Origin: the human T2T-CHM13v2.0 reference genome, Homo sapiens
Assembly: GCF_009914755.1 (NCBI RefSeq)
Contig: NC_060937.1
Direction: 5' to 3' (one strand)
Length of the DNA: 64,000 bases
Made by a program: the position numbers and the translations under genes. Position 1 is the stretch's first letter, and each line of letters opens with the position of its first letter. The notes below the pieces were generated by a model. It worked only from the letters and a program-made list of their open reading frames with translations. It was not told the DNA's origin and ran no database searches. Shown one piece after another: positions 1-29,843 of the stretch.

Positions 1-1
1 G

Positions 2-1200
<1,199 letters not shown>

Positions 1201-1409
1201 GCTTTGGGAGGCCGAGGCGGGCAGATCACGAGGTCAGGAGATTGAGATCATCCTGGCTAACACGGTAAAACCCCGTCTCCACTAAAAATACAAAAAATTG
1301 TCAGGCGTGGTGGCGGGCGCCTGTAGTCCCAGCTACTCGTGAGGCTGAGGCATGGATTTCTTGAATGTGATATCAAAAGCACAGGCAATAAAACAAAACA
1401 GATAAATGG

Positions 1410-1662
1410 GTCTTGGTTTGCAGACAGCTATTCTCTTCTCAAAATGTCTTCATGTAGCCTTTCCTTGGTGCATTCATACAGAGAGACAGAAAGCAGGTGG
1501 CAGGGAGAGAGAGAGAGAAATTTCTTTCTCTCACTCTTATAAGGGCATCAATGCCACAAGAGGATTCCACCTCCCAAAGTTCCCACTTCAAATACCATTA
1601 CATTGGGGACTAGAGCTTCAACATATGAACTTTGGGTAGACACAAACATTCAACCCATAACA
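1410..1662 (-). mobile_element. MLT1 (MaLR) LTR fragment
   Basis: Ends ...TTCAACATATGAACTTTGGGTAGACACAAACATTCAACCCATAACA, the reverse complement of an MLT1 5' end. Confidence 0.75.
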
Positions 1663-3140
<1,478 letters not shown>

Positions 3141-3263
3141 AATTAGCCAAATACGATGGGTGACACCCATAATCCCAGCACTTTGGGAGGCTGAGGTGTG
3201 AGGATCCCTTGAATCCATGAGTTTGAGACCAGCCTGGACAACAATAGGGAGACATCGTCTCTA

Positions 3264-3568
<305 letters not shown>

Positions 3569-4657
3569 TCAACAATAATAATAAACAAATAAATAAATTA
3601 GCTGGGCATGGTGGCATGCACCTGTGTTCCCAACTGCTCAGGAGGCTGAGGTGGGAGGATTGAGCCCAGGAGGTCAAGGCTGCAGTGAGCCATGATTGCA
3701 ACACTGCACTCCAGCCTAGGTGACAGAATGATACCTTGTCTCTAAATAAATAAATAAAAATAAAAAAATTTGGCTGGGCGCAGTGGCTCACGCCTGTAAT
3801 TTCAGAACTTTGGGAGGCTGAGGCGGGCGGATCACGAGGTTAGGAGTTCGAGACCAGCCTGGCCAACATGGTGAAACCCCGTCTCCACTAAAAATACAAA
3901 AAAAAAAAAAAAAAAAAAGAAAATTTAAGAACAATGAAAAACTTCCAATGGTAAATTTTATGTTATGTATATTTTAGCCCAATTAAAAACAAAAAAGAGG
4001 CCGAAGTGTGATGGCTCATACCTATAATCCTAGCACTTTGGGAGGCTGAGGCCAGTGTGGATCACTTGAGCTCAGGAGTTCAAGACTAGCCGGGCAACAT
4101 GGGGAAACCATGTTAGCCAGGCATGATGGCTTGCTCCTGTGGTTCCCAGCTACTTGGGAGGCTGAGATGGGAGGATCACTTGAGCCCAGAAAGTCAAGGC
4201 TGCAGTGAGCCATGATCATGCCACTGCACTTCAGCCTGGGTGAGAGTGAGACCCTGTCTCAAAAAAAAAAATTAAGAAAATTAAATAATAATATTAATAA
4301 AAGAACAGTGTTTAGGGAGGTTTTTTGGGGGTGGTGTTGAACTTTCTGGGCTCTAGGAACTTTTTGTCTCTTTGTATGTGAGTCTTACCTACTGGTAGAA
4401 TCATTCCTTAGGTTCTGGAAGCCTAGAGAAGACCTAGAGGACCCAAGAGAAGAACATATGTTTAACAGATCCCTGAACCCTTTGCCTTCCCATTAAAAAG
4501 GCTGATCCATACATTGAGGCCTAAAACTCATATCTGAGGATAAGAGATTGGAATTTATAGAATCATGGAATTTATCTCAGAGGTGGATTTATGTAGTTCA
4601 ACACATTTTTTTTTTAATCATCTTTATGATATTACTGCCAAGTGAATATCAAACCTA

Positions 4658-4970
<313 letters not shown>

Positions 4971-5406
4971 TCAAAAAAAATTTTTTTTAATAATAATAAT
5001 ATTGTTCTGTTAACAAATTGAGCAAGCCAAAAGGTATAGCAACATTTGTAAAAATTACCTGTCATTCAACTAATCATATATGAGCATTGTCAACATTTTG
5101 GCAAACAAACATCTGGATATCTCTCTTTTCCTGGATATCTCTTTATATACACTCTTCCACATAAATTAGCTCAAATTATGCAAAGTGATATCATAAAATA
5201 TTTGTCCTTTTGTGACTGGCTTATTTCACTAAACATAATGTTTTCAAGTCTCACCCATGTTGTATCATGTACAGAATTTAATTCCTTTTTAAGCAGAATA
5301 ATATCCACCACAATTTGTTTATCCATTCATCTGTCAGTGGACGCTTGTGTTGGGTCCTACTTTTGGCCATAGTGAATAATGCTGTTATGAACAAATATCC
5401 ATTTGA

Positions 5407-5634
<228 letters not shown>

Positions 5635-5727
5635 TGAGGCTGGTCTGGAACTCCTGACCTCAAGTGATCTGCCCAACTCGGCCTCCCAAAATATTGGGAT
5701 TACAGGCGTGAGCCACTGCGCCTGGCC

Positions 5728-6392
<665 letters not shown>

Positions 6393-6529
6393 TTAATATA
6401 AAATAAATGGGCCGGGCGTGGTGGTGACACCTGTAATCCCAGCACTTTGGGAGGCTGAGGCAGTCGGATCACCTGAGGTCAGGAGTTGGAGACCAGCCTG
6501 ACTAACATGGTGAAACCCTGTCTCTACTA

Positions 6530-6688
<159 letters not shown>

Positions 6689-6698
6689 TCAAAAAAAA

Positions 6699-6699
<1 letters not shown>

Positions 6700-6745
<46 letters not shown>

Positions 6746-6825
6746 ATGTATGTGTATATATATGTGTGTGTATATATATATGTATATATATATGTGTATA
6801 TATATGTATGTGTGTATATATATAT
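6700..6825. repeat. (TA)n / (TATG) compound microsatellite after an Alu tail
   Basis: About 20 perfect TA units followed by interrupted TA/TG units. Confidence 0.95.
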
Positions 6826-7006
6826 GCCGTTTGCTAGCTGTCTTTTAATTGGAGAATTTAAACTATTTACATTTGAAATAATTACTGATAATGAAGAACT
6901 AACGTCTACCATTTTGCTATTTGTTTTCTATATATCACACATGTATATATATATATATTTTTGTTTTCTTTTTCTTTTTCTTAGACAGGGATTAAGATCT
7001 GTCTAA

Positions 7007-7135
<129 letters not shown>

Positions 7136-7907
7136 TAGCTAATTTTTAAATTTTTTTGTAGAGATGGGGTCTCACTATGTTGCCAAGGCTGGTCTTGAAC
7201 TTGCAGGCTCAAGCAATCCTCCCACCTTCCCCTCCTAGTTTTGGGATTACAGGCTTGAGCTACTGTGAACAGCCCTAACTCTAGTTTTTATCTGTTTCTC
7301 TGCAATTTTGTATGTATGTTTTTAAGGGATGGGGTCTCATTATGTTGCCCAGGCTGGTCTCAAACTCCTGGCCTTAAACAATCTGACTGCCTTGGCATCC
7401 CAAAATGCTGGGATTACAGGCATGAGCCACCACACCTGGACTGCAATTTTGTTTCTTTTACCTCTTGTTCATAATGGCTTCTTCTTACTAATTTTAAATA
7501 CCCACTTATTCATTTTAAGTAGGTAGAAACATCTATCTATTATCTCCCGAAGTAGTATTCCTTGATTACTTACATATTGAGTTGCATTTAAAAACTTATA
7601 AATTACTTTATTTTAATTTTGTCTTTTTATTCTAGTCATGGAATTATATTGCCTGTTTTTTAAAACTATGATTCTGGATCAATCATATATTCTATGAATC
7701 TTTTATCCGGACAATAAAAGAAATGTCAAAATGTTTGTATGAGATGATATGGCAGTATGGGTTCATCAGTTATAACAAATGTGCTGCTTTGATGTGTGAT
7801 GTTGATACCAGAGAAGGCTGTGTCAGGGCAGGGAGTATATGGGAACTATCTGTACTTTCCACTCAAATTTACTGTGAACCAAAAACTGCTCTAAAAAGTA
7901 AAGTCTA

Positions 7908-8270
<363 letters not shown>

Positions 8271-8412
8271 TTATACGAAAAGAGAACATTAGGTCTAATA
8301 GGGCTGAGAAGTTTACACATTGCATTTGCTTGTTTCATGGGTAAACTCCCTCTCTTTCTTCACACTTGATTTGTTACAGAAAACAGGACATTTTGCAGTA
8401 TACTTTCTCTTA

Positions 8413-8728
<316 letters not shown>

Positions 8729-9097
8729 TTATTTGATGGTTTCACGGTGAGCCAGGTGCAGTGGAGTCCCTCTTACTAGGGAGGCTGAAGCATTAGGAAC
8801 TCAGGAGTTTGAGACCAGCCTGGGCAACATAAAGATACCCTGTCTCTAAAATAAATGAAGATTGCTTGGATGGTGGTATTTTGTACAAGAGGCACATCAT
8901 GTTCAGTTGTTGCTCTGGCTGTGAAATTAAGATTGATCACTGCATTTAGGTATAGTCAGCCTGCTTCATCCATTGTAAAGTTCCCCGTCTGCTTTCCATC
9001 TAATGGCTTAGTATTACCTAATAGTTGCTGATCATTGCCTTTTATTATTTCACTAAGTGTTTATTGCCTGGATTTATTATTTCACTAAGTGCTATAT

Positions 9098-9388
9098 TTC
9101 CCCAAACAAAAACAATTAGTGAGAAGAGTGGCATTAATTTACATTTTTGCAAGTCTCTTTAGGTCTGGCTCAATATAAGAAAGCTACATTTCATGGCTAT
9201 TTCTGCATTAAATAGTTTGTGATACCACATGTCATGTAGCCTCTGAGTAACTGTGGCACTGACTACCCAGAGAGAATGTCAGTGAAAAGGCAAATAAAGT
9301 CTTACTGTTATTACAGAAAGCTTTGACCTTGAGGATCCCCAATGGAAGGGGATTCTCAAGGATTCTAGAACACATTGTGAGAACTATA
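9098..9388. mobile_element. hAT-Charlie DNA transposon fragment (Charlie1/MER119-like)
   Basis: TTAGTGAGAAGAGTGGCATT..TTTACATTTTTGCAAGTCTCTTT..GTCTGGCT ... CACATTGTGAGAAC resembles the Charlie1-family end. Confidence 0.7.
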
Positions 9389-9749
9389 AAGGCACAGGGT
9401 CTCAATTCATAAAGTATACTTTACTATTATCCCAGACAGCAGTATCTGATGTAAAGACTCAGTCAATGTTTACTGGTAATGATGATGGATTTTAACGTTC
9501 GTTTTTAATATGGAAAACTTCAGTGATCAATGTTGTCATTTCTGGATTTTATGTTTATATAATTTTTTTCCTAACATTTTAATTGCTTAATGTTTCTGTC
9601 TGAAAATTTACTCTATCCTTGTTTTATATGCATGAAAATATATGCATTAGGAGATGCTCAATCTATGTTAATTACTTAAAAATCTTTCCAATTGTTGGAA
9701 AAGACCTGCCACTGGAATTCAGTGATGACTTTCTCATGATTTTGTTTAA

Positions 9750-9974
<225 letters not shown>

Positions 9975-10001
9975 TGAGTAGCCAGGATTACAGGCACGTG
10001 A

Positions 10002-10199
<198 letters not shown>

Positions 10200-10204
10200 T
10201 AAAG

Positions 10205-15462
<5,258 letters not shown>

Positions 15463-16243
15463 AGCCTCCCGGGTTCAAGTGATTCTTCTGCTTCAGCCTC
15501 CCGAGTAGCTGAGACTACAGGCATGTGCCACCATACCTGGCTAATTTTGTATTTTCAGTAGAGATGGGGTTTCTCCATGTTGGTCAGGCTGGTGTCGAAC
15601 TCCCGACCTCAGGTGGTCCACCTGCCTCAGCCTCCCAAAGTGCTGGGATTACAGGCATGAGCCACCATGCCCAGGCTTTTAAAAAAATTTTAAAAGAGAT
15701 AGATCTCACTATGTTGGCCAGGTTGGTCTTGAACACCTGGTCTCAAGCGATCTTTGCACCTCAGCCTCCCAAAGTGCTAGAATGACAGGCATGAGCCACC
15801 ATGCCTGCATGCTTGGCTTGCTTGCTTGCTTTTTCTTTCTTTCTTTCTTTCTTTCTTCCTTTCTTTCTTTCTCTTACTTTCATGATGTTGGTATTCTTGC
15901 TTTTTTGCTCCAGTTCTACTTTCTTTTTTCTTTTTTTGAGATGGAGTTTTGTTCTTTCTCCGAGGCTGGAGTCAAATGGCATAATCTCAGCTCAAAGCAA
16001 CATCCGCCCCCCGGGTTCAAGCAATTCTCCCTCCTCAACCTCCCTAGTAGCTGGGATTATAGGTGCCCACCACCACGCCCAGCTAATTTTTGTATTTTTA
16101 GTAGAGACAGAGTTTTGCCATGTTGGCCAGGCTGGTTTCGAACTCCTGACCTTAAGTGATCCAACCGCCTCGCCCTCCCAAAGTGCTAGGATTACAGGCA
16201 TGAGCCACTGCACCTGGTCTGCTCCAGTTCTATTTTCTAATAG

Positions 16244-16513
<270 letters not shown>

Positions 16514-16590
16514 TGATGCGCCCACCTCAGCCTCCCAAATTGCTGGGATTACAGGTGTAAGCCACCGCACCCACCCGAGATAACACTTTT

Positions 16591-17293
16591 ATGCCAGTTA
16601 GAATGGCGATCATTAAAAAGTCAGGAAACAGATGCTGGAGAGGATGTGGAGAAATAGGAACGCTTTTACACTGTTGGTGGGAGTGTAAATTAGTTCAACC
16701 ATTGTGGAAGACAGTGTGGCGATTCCTCAAGGATCTAGAACTAGAAATACCATTTGACCCAGTGATCCCATTACTGGGTATATGCCCAAAGGATTATAAA
16801 TCATGCTGCTATAAAGACACATGCACACGTATGTTTATTGCGGCATTATTCACAATAGCAAAGACTTGGAACCAACCCAAATGCCCATCAATGGTAGACT
16901 GGATTAAGAAAATGTGGCACATATACACAATGAAATACTATGCAACCATAGAAAAGGATGAGTTCATGTCCTTTGCAGGGACATGGATGAAGCTGGAAAC
17001 CATCATTCTCAGCAAACTATCACAAGGACAGAAAACAAAACACTGCATGTTCTCACTCATAGGTGGGAATTAAACAATGAGACCACTTGGACACAGGGCA
17101 GGGAACATCACACACCGGGGCTTGTCGGGGGGTGGGGGGCTGGGGGAGGGATAGCATTCGGAGAAATACCTAATGTAAATGACGAGTTGATGGGTGCGGC
17201 AAACCAACAGGGCGCATGTATACATATGTAACAAACCTGCACGTTGTGCACATGTACCCTAGAACTTAAAGTATCATTAAAAAATATATAAAA
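16591..17293 (+). mobile_element. 5'-truncated L1PA (about L1PA5-7): ORF2 C-terminus, 3'UTR, A-tail
   Basis: ORF 16591-17073 is the L1 ORF2 end ([18 protein letters not shown] ... MFSLIGGN); G-rich 3'UTR; TSD ATAACACTTTT at 16580 and 17294. Confidence 0.95.
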
Positions 17294-17600
17294 ATAACAC
17301 TTTTAAAATTACCTTCATATTATTTGCTTGAATGCTTTACAAACATGCATTTTGCGATTTGAAGCCTAGAGTTTTATTTATTTATTTATTTATTTTGAGA
17401 CGGAGTCTCGCTCTGTCGCCCAGGTTGGAGTCCAGTGGAGCGATCTCCGCTCGCTGCAAACTCTGCCTCCCGGGTTCACGCCATTCTCTTGCTTCAGTCT
17501 CCGGAGTAGCTGGGACTACAGGCGCCCGCCACGACGCCCGGCTAATTTTTTGTATTTTTAGTAGAGACAGGGTTTCACTGTGTTAGCCAGGATGGTCTCA

Positions 17601-17702
<102 letters not shown>

Positions 17703-17721
17703 TCATAGAAGTTAGCTATCA

Positions 17722-18004
<283 letters not shown>

Positions 18005-18566
18005 TCAAATTTAAAAAAAAAAAAAAAAAAAGAAGTTAGTTATCACAAAGTGATTGCTTATTACGTCAACTTTCCAATGTTATTTTTCAGCAGGATTAAT
18101 GTGGTATTTAACTTAATACATATGGACCAGATAGTTGTCTCCACTGTGCTCTCCTAAGTCACTATTCATGAATATAGTATGAAAAATAACATTCTAGGCC
18201 AGATGTCTTGGCTCATGCCTGCCCTAGCACTTTTAGAGGCCGAGGCAGGTGGATAGCTTGAGTCTAGGAGTTTGAGACCAGCCTGGCCAATATAGTGAAA
18301 TCCCATCTCCACAAAAAATACAAAGATTAGCTGGGCATGGTGGCTTGCCTGTAGTCCCAGCTACTCAGGAGGCTGAGGTGGGAGGATCACTTGAGTCCGG
18401 GAGATGGAAGTTGCAGTGAGTCAAGATCGTGCCACTGCACTCCAGCCTGGGCGTCAGAGGGAGACCCTGTCTCAAAAAACAAAAGAAAAAGAAAAAGAAC
18501 ATTCTAAATATAAAGGTGATAATATCTCCACACCCTGGAAATTTATATTTTCATTAATAAATTTTA

Positions 18567-18989
<423 letters not shown>

Positions 18990-19229
18990 TCACTGCAACC
19001 TCTGCCACCCGGGTTCAAGCGATTCTCCTGCCCCAGCCTCCTGAGTAGCTGGGATTACAGGCGCCTGCCACCACGCCCAGCTAATTTTTTGTATTTTTAG
19101 TAGAGACAGGTTTCATCATATAGGTCAGGCTGGTCTCGAACTCCTGACCTTGGGTGATACACCCACCTCGGCCTCCCAAAGTGCAGGGATTAGAGGCGTG
19201 AGCCACCACACCTGGCCAAAAACCTCTTA

Positions 19230-20311
<1,082 letters not shown>

Positions 20312-20614
20312 TGAACTCCTGACCTCGTGATCTGCCTGCCTCAGCCTCCCAAAGTGCTGGGAGTACAGGTGAGAGCCACTGCACCTGGCCAAATTATTTA
20401 ATTCTTTGTAGGGACTGGATCCTGCTATGTTGTCCAGTCTGGTCTCGAACTCCTGGGCTCAAGCAATCCTCTAGCCTTGGTCTCCCAATGTGCTGGGATT
20501 ACCATTGTGAGCCAGTGAAGCTGGCCAACGTATATTTTTAAAGTTATGTATCTATGTAGGCATCATGTATTTATGATCCCTAAATTAACCTTTTCAAGTA
20601 CTAATCCTCTAGGA

Positions 20615-20814
20615 CAGAGATGGACAAACTTTCTCTGTAAAGGGCCAGATAGTAAATATTGTAGGCTTGCAGGCCACATATGGTGTCTGTCAAAAAAAAC
20701 ATTTTTTTTTAAACAGCCTCTCTAAAAATGTAAAAACCATTTTTAGCTCTAAGGCAGTACAGAAACAAGTCTCAGACCCGATTTGGCTTGTGAGCGTTAG
20801 TTTGTCATCTCTTG
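20615..20814. mobile_element. MER58 (C-like) hAT MITE
   Basis: CAAACTTTCTCTGTAAAGGGCCAGATAGTAAATATT ... GATTTGGC..TAGTTTGTC with degenerate terminal inverted repeats. Confidence 0.8.
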
Positions 20815-20889
20815 CTCTGTGGAAAGATTGGTGCTGTTTCTTCAAGGGAAGGCAGGTGTAAGCAGGCAGAGTTTTGTATCACTCAATTC

Positions 20890-21112
20890 AGAGTGAGGGT
20901 AAAAGGGAGGAAGGGAGAAGATGAGGGAAGGGGAGGGGAAAAAGAGAGACGGGAAGGAGAGGATGGGGAGGGGAGACTGTGAAGGAGGAGGTGATTAAGG
21001 GGAAAGAGGAGGAGAAGAACACTGAGGGGAGAGAAGGAGAGTCGGGAGGGGAGCAAAGAGAAAGGAAAAAGACCACATGCCTAGGGAAAGAGGAAGGGGC
21101 TGAGGAGGGGAG
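20890..21112. repeat. GA-rich low-complexity tract
   Basis: ~220 bp dominated by G/A on the + strand. Confidence 0.85.
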
Positions 21113-21128
21113 TTCATTAAAAAACTAG

Positions 21129-21490
<362 letters not shown>

Positions 21491-21529
21491 TAGTAAAAAT
21501 ACTGTGAACCATCTGAGATGTGTTCTTAG

Positions 21530-21808
<279 letters not shown>

Positions 21809-22183
21809 TAAAATGCTAGGATTATAGGCGTGAACCACGGCGCCCAAACTTGTTTTTCTTTTTGTTTTGTTTTGCTTTGCTTTTTCATTGGCTAGCCATT
21901 CCAGTACAATATTGATTAGAAACATTATTGGTGAGTCTTGTCTTGCTTATGAATATACTTAATATGCTTTTTAAATTTTGTCGTTAAGCTGTGATATTCG
22001 CTATTGATTAAAAAAATATGTATACACTTATTTTTTAAAAAAATTGTTCCCACCTCAAAATTATAAACATATTCTTCAATATCTCACTATGGTTCTTCAA
22101 ATAACTTTAATGTTTTTCTTTTCAAATTTAGGTCTTTAACACAACTTGACCAAATTTTGTATGTGGTGTGAAATAGTTAATCT

Positions 22184-22930
<747 letters not shown>

Positions 22931-23067
22931 ATCACTTTTGAATTTTTTTTCTCCATATGAAAAGCCAGTGGTTGGCCGGGTGTCGTGGCTCACGCCTGTA
23001 ATCCCAGCACTTTGGGAGGCCGAGGCGGGTGGATCACGAGGTCAGGAGATCGAGACCATCCTGGCTA

Positions 23068-23832
<765 letters not shown>

Positions 23833-24047
23833 TTATCCTTTATTCATTGATTTGTAATTCCTTTTCTACAATGTATCAAAGCTGCATATCTATATCTATA
23901 TATATCTATATCTATTTGTATCTGTTTGGGGTCTTTTTTTTTTATAAGAGACGGGGTTTCCCTATATCACCCAGCCTGGTCTCAAATTCCTGGGCTTAAG
24001 CGATCCTTACACCCCAACTTCCTAAGTAGTCAGGATTACAAGTGTGA

Positions 24048-24215
<168 letters not shown>

Positions 24216-24258
24216 TAGGAGTCACCATGCCCAGCTAATTTTTGTATTTTTGGTATAG

Positions 24259-24396
<138 letters not shown>

Positions 24397-24439
24397 TGAC
24401 CTATCCCTGTGCCCGACCATGGGACCTTAATCATCTCTC

Positions 24440-25650
24440 TCTCTCTCACTTTGTAACTATCATAACATTTTCAGGTGTTCCATAAGGTTAACTATATTTA
24501 TATTGTCGTATAGCAGATCTTTAGAACTTTTTAATCTTGCAAAACTGAAATTCTATGTTCATTGAACAACCCACATTTTCCCCTCCCTTCAGCTCCTGGT
24601 TATCACCACTCCACTTTCTCTTTCTATGAATTTGACTACATTAAATACTTCATATAAGTGGAATCATAGTAGTTGTCTTTTCCAGCCAGGCACGGTGGCT
24701 CACGCCTGTAATCCCAGCACGTTGGGAGCTGAAGCAGGTGGATCGCTTGAGCCCAGGAGTTCGACACCACTGTGGGGCAACATAGTGAGACCTCATCTTT
24801 ACAAAAAAAAATCTAAAAATTAGCTGGGTGTGGTAGTGTGTGCCTGTAGTCTCAGCTACTTGGGAGGCTGAGGTGAAAGGATCGCTTGAGTGCAGGAGGC
24901 GGAGGCTGCAGTGAGCTCAGATAGCACCACTGCACTCCAGCCACTCCTCTCCAAAAAAAGGGTTTGTCTTTTTGTGACTGCTTTATTTCACTTAGCAGAA
25001 TGTCCTCAAGGCTGCTCTATGTTGTAGCATATGTCAGAATTTCCTTCCCTTTCAAGGCTGAATACCATTCCATTGTACATATATCCTACATTTTATTTAT
25101 CTGTTCGTCTATGGATGGAGATTTGGGTTGTGTCCACCTCTTGGCTATTGTGAATAACGCTTCTATGAAGATGAGTGTGCAAATATCTCTGTGATAACTG
25201 GGTTTCAATTCTTCTGGATATATACTCAGAAATGGAATTGCTGGATCATATAGTAATTTTATTTTTAATTTATTGAAACTTTTTTTTTTTTTTTTTGTTT
25301 TGAGATGGAGTTTTGCTCTTGTTGCACAGGTTGGAGTGCAATGGCCGTGATCTTGGCTCACTGCAACCTCGGCCTCCCAGGTTCAAGTGATTCTCCTGCC
25401 TCAGTCTCCTGAGTAGCTGGGATTACAGGCATGTGCCACCACACCAGGCTAATTTTGTATTTTCAGTAGAGACAGGGTTTCTCCATGTTGGTCAGGCTGG
25501 TCTCAAACTCCCAACCTCAGGTGATCTGCCTGCCTTGGCCTCCCAAAGTGCTGGGATTACAGGCATGAGCCACCGTGCCCGGCAATTTATTGAAACTTTC
25601 ATACTGTTTTCTATAGTGGCTGTGCTGTTTTATATTCCCACCAACAGTGC
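24440..25650 (-). mobile_element. L1MB-type 3' end split by Alus
   Basis: TCTTGCAAAACTGAAATTCTATG..; GGAATTGCTGGATCATATAGTAATT; TATTCCCACCAACAGTG. Confidence 0.8.
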
Positions 25651-26126
25651 TATTTGCTATAGCTTTTTAGTAAATTCCCTTTATTTGGTTAAAGGACTTC
25701 TTTTATAGCTTAGCTGCTAATCTTTTCTTTATCTGGGGTAGGTCTTAAATGTTATCAAGTGCTTCTTCCACATTTATTGAGATTATAGATTTTAATATGC
25801 TTTTTTCCCTTAAATGTATTATGTATTTAATTATAGTAATAGATTTTAAATATTAAACATTTTTTAATTTCTGAGGTAATCTCAAGTAGTTATGATATGT
25901 TTGTGTATTTTTAAAATATGTTGCTGTATTTGAAGTACTTTTTGTTTTTTATATTCTTCTCGTCCCATTTTTGTATCAAAGGTGTAATACTGGCCAGGTG
26001 CGGTGGCTCATGCCTGTAATCCCAGCACTTTAGGAGGATGAGGCGGGTGGATCACTTGAGGTCAGGAGTTCCAGACCGGCCTGGCCAATGTGGTGAAACC
26101 CCATCTACACTAAAATACAAAAATTA

Positions 26127-26655
<529 letters not shown>

Positions 26656-28901
26656 TGACCAAGGGTTATCATTTTTTAAAAGGGCTTCTCCAATTCGCTT
26701 CAAACAATAAAGGATGTATTGTTTTTTGCGGGGGTGAGTGGGTGGAGTTAGGACTACTTATTTTTTTTTTTTTTTTTTTTTTAGTAAGAGTCTCATTCTG
26801 TCGCCCAGGCTGGAGTTCAGTGGTGCCATCTCGGCTCACCGCAGCCCCCACCTTCAGGGTTCAAGTGATTCTCCTGCCTTAGCCTCCTGAGTAGCTGGGA
26901 TTACGGGCATGGGCCCCCAAGCCCAACTAATTTTTGCATTTTTAGTAGAGAAGAGGTTTCTCCATGTCGGCCAGGCTGGTCTTGAACTCCTGTCCTCAAG
27001 TGATCCACCCACCTCGGCCTCCCAAAGCGCTGGGATTACAGGCGTGAGCCACTGCACCCAGTCTCTATTTTTATTTTTAGTTTTCAAGACAGGGTCCCAC
27101 TCTTTCACACAGGCTGGAGTTCAGTGGCGCAATCCCTGCTCACTGCAATCTCTGCCTCCTGTGCTCAAGTGATCCTCCCATCTCAGCCTCCCAAACATCT
27201 GGGACCACAGGCACACATCACTACGCCTGGCTAATTTTTGTATTTTTTGTAGAGACAGGGTTTCACCATATTGGCCAGTCTGGTCTCAAACTCCTGAGCT
27301 CAAGCAATTTGCCTGCTTCAGTCTCCCAAAGTGCTTGGATTACAGGCGTGAGCCACCACTCCCAGCCAGGACTACTTATTCTATTTCTTTATTAAACTAC
27401 TAAAATTTTCTATTTCTTCTTGAACTAGTTTTGATAACTTCTATTCTCTAGACAGTTCCTGTTTAAAATTTCAAATCCATTGGCAAAAGTGATATTCCCT
27501 TTCCTAAGACTTCTAGTATATTTGTAGTTATATCTTTTTCATGTATTTATTTAGTTTCTCTCTTTTTCTTGATAACATGTATTTGTTATTAAAAAAATTG
27601 TAACATAACAAATCCTTGTGATCCACCCTCTCAAATCAAGATCTAGACCATTGCCGATAACATGCATTTACCTGTATTTACTTTCCTTGTCCCATATCCC
27701 AATTTGCCCACTAGAGGTAGCCATTATCTTGAAATCTTAACAAATATACTTTAATCACAGAGACAACACACACACACGTAGTTGATTGCTTACTTTTATT
27801 AGCTATTGAATTCTAAAAAAGTTATGATACTCTATGTGGTCTTCTGAGACTTCCTATTTTCACTAAATATAATGCTTCCGTGATCCCTGCTGTGTTCATT
27901 TTCCAGTCTGTTGTGTGAATATACCACAATTATTTATCAGCTCTTTTGTTGATGGATGTTGGGTCATTTCCAGTTATTTGCTGTTAAGGATGTGGCTGCC
28001 TTGAATATTCTTGTAGTCTTTCCTTGTGTTCATAAATGCATGTGTTTCTCAAGTTTGTATTAGGAATGAGATTGCTTGGCTATAGATATGTGAACACTTA
28101 GCTTTGAGAGAATGCCAAATAATTTCCGATGTGGTTGGACTCATTTATACTTCAGGGAGCCATGTATAGATAGTCTCTCTGCTCCAAATCTTCTCCTAAC
28201 ATTTTATATTGTTGAATAACTTAAATTTCTCATCCTAATGGGATTAACATAATATTTCACTATAGTCTGAATTCACATTTTCCTGACTAGTAATAAAATT
28301 GAGCATCTTTTAAATATATTTAATATATTTATTGGCCATCTTCATGAACTCTGTTCATATTTTTGCCCCTTTGTCAGTTGGGGTGTGTGCCTTTTTCTTA
28401 TTTATTTATTTATTCATGTTTTAGAGACAAGGTCTTGCTTTGTTGGCCAGGCTGGAGTGCAGTGGCAAGATCATGGCTCGCTGCAGCCTCGACTTTCCAG
28501 GCTCAAGCCATCCTCCCACCTCAGCTTCTCGTGTAGCTGGGACTACGGGCACTCACTACCATGCCCAGCTAATTTCCCTTTTATTTCTTTGTAGAGGCGA
28601 GGTCCACCATCTTGCCCACTGTCCTCCAACTCTTGGCTCAAGCGAGCCTCCCTCAGTCTCCCAAAGTGCTGGGATTATAGGCGTGAGCTAATGCACCTGA
28701 CCTGCCTTTTTTTTATTGATTTGTAGGAATATTTAAAATGCATTCCTGTGTCAGGTAAGTGTGTCAAAAATATCTTCCATCAGATTGTGATTTGTGTTTT
28801 TGTTATTGAGTCTTTTCGCTAAGTGCAATTAAAAAAAAGAAACTAATAGAGTTGATGTTATCAATCTTTTTCTATCGTTATCATTCTTTGTGTCTTGTTT
28901 A

Positions 28902-29222
<321 letters not shown>

Positions 29223-29534
29223 TTAGTAGAGACAGGGTTTCACCATGTTGGCCAGGTTGGTGTCGAACTCCTGACCTCAGGCGTTCCACCCACCTCGGCC
29301 TCCCAAAGTGGTGGGATTACAGGTGTGAGCCAGCAGGCCTAGCCTTTTGTTACATTTAATCTGGGCAATTTATAGCTTTGGTTGAGACTGTAAATGTCTT
29401 TAAAAATTATATCCAACTATTGCTAGTATATAAAAATGCGACTGATGTTTTATACTGATGTTATAGTCAGTCACTTTGTGAAATATTTTTGTTATTTATA
29501 CTAATGTGCCTTTAGATTCTTCTAGGTATTCTAG

Positions 29535-29843
<309 letters not shown>

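Noticed and set aside
9034-9092. Small tandem duplication (TTTATTATTTCACTAAGTG twice); similar ones at 5781, 14405, 39354, 47520
   Set aside because: Ordinary slippage duplications within or beside decayed repeats; no shared motif or sign of function.
16591-17073. 160-aa intact ORF with a CCHC motif
   Set aside because: It is the C-terminus of L1 ORF2 in a 5'-truncated, fairly young copy; no promoter and no sign of domestication.
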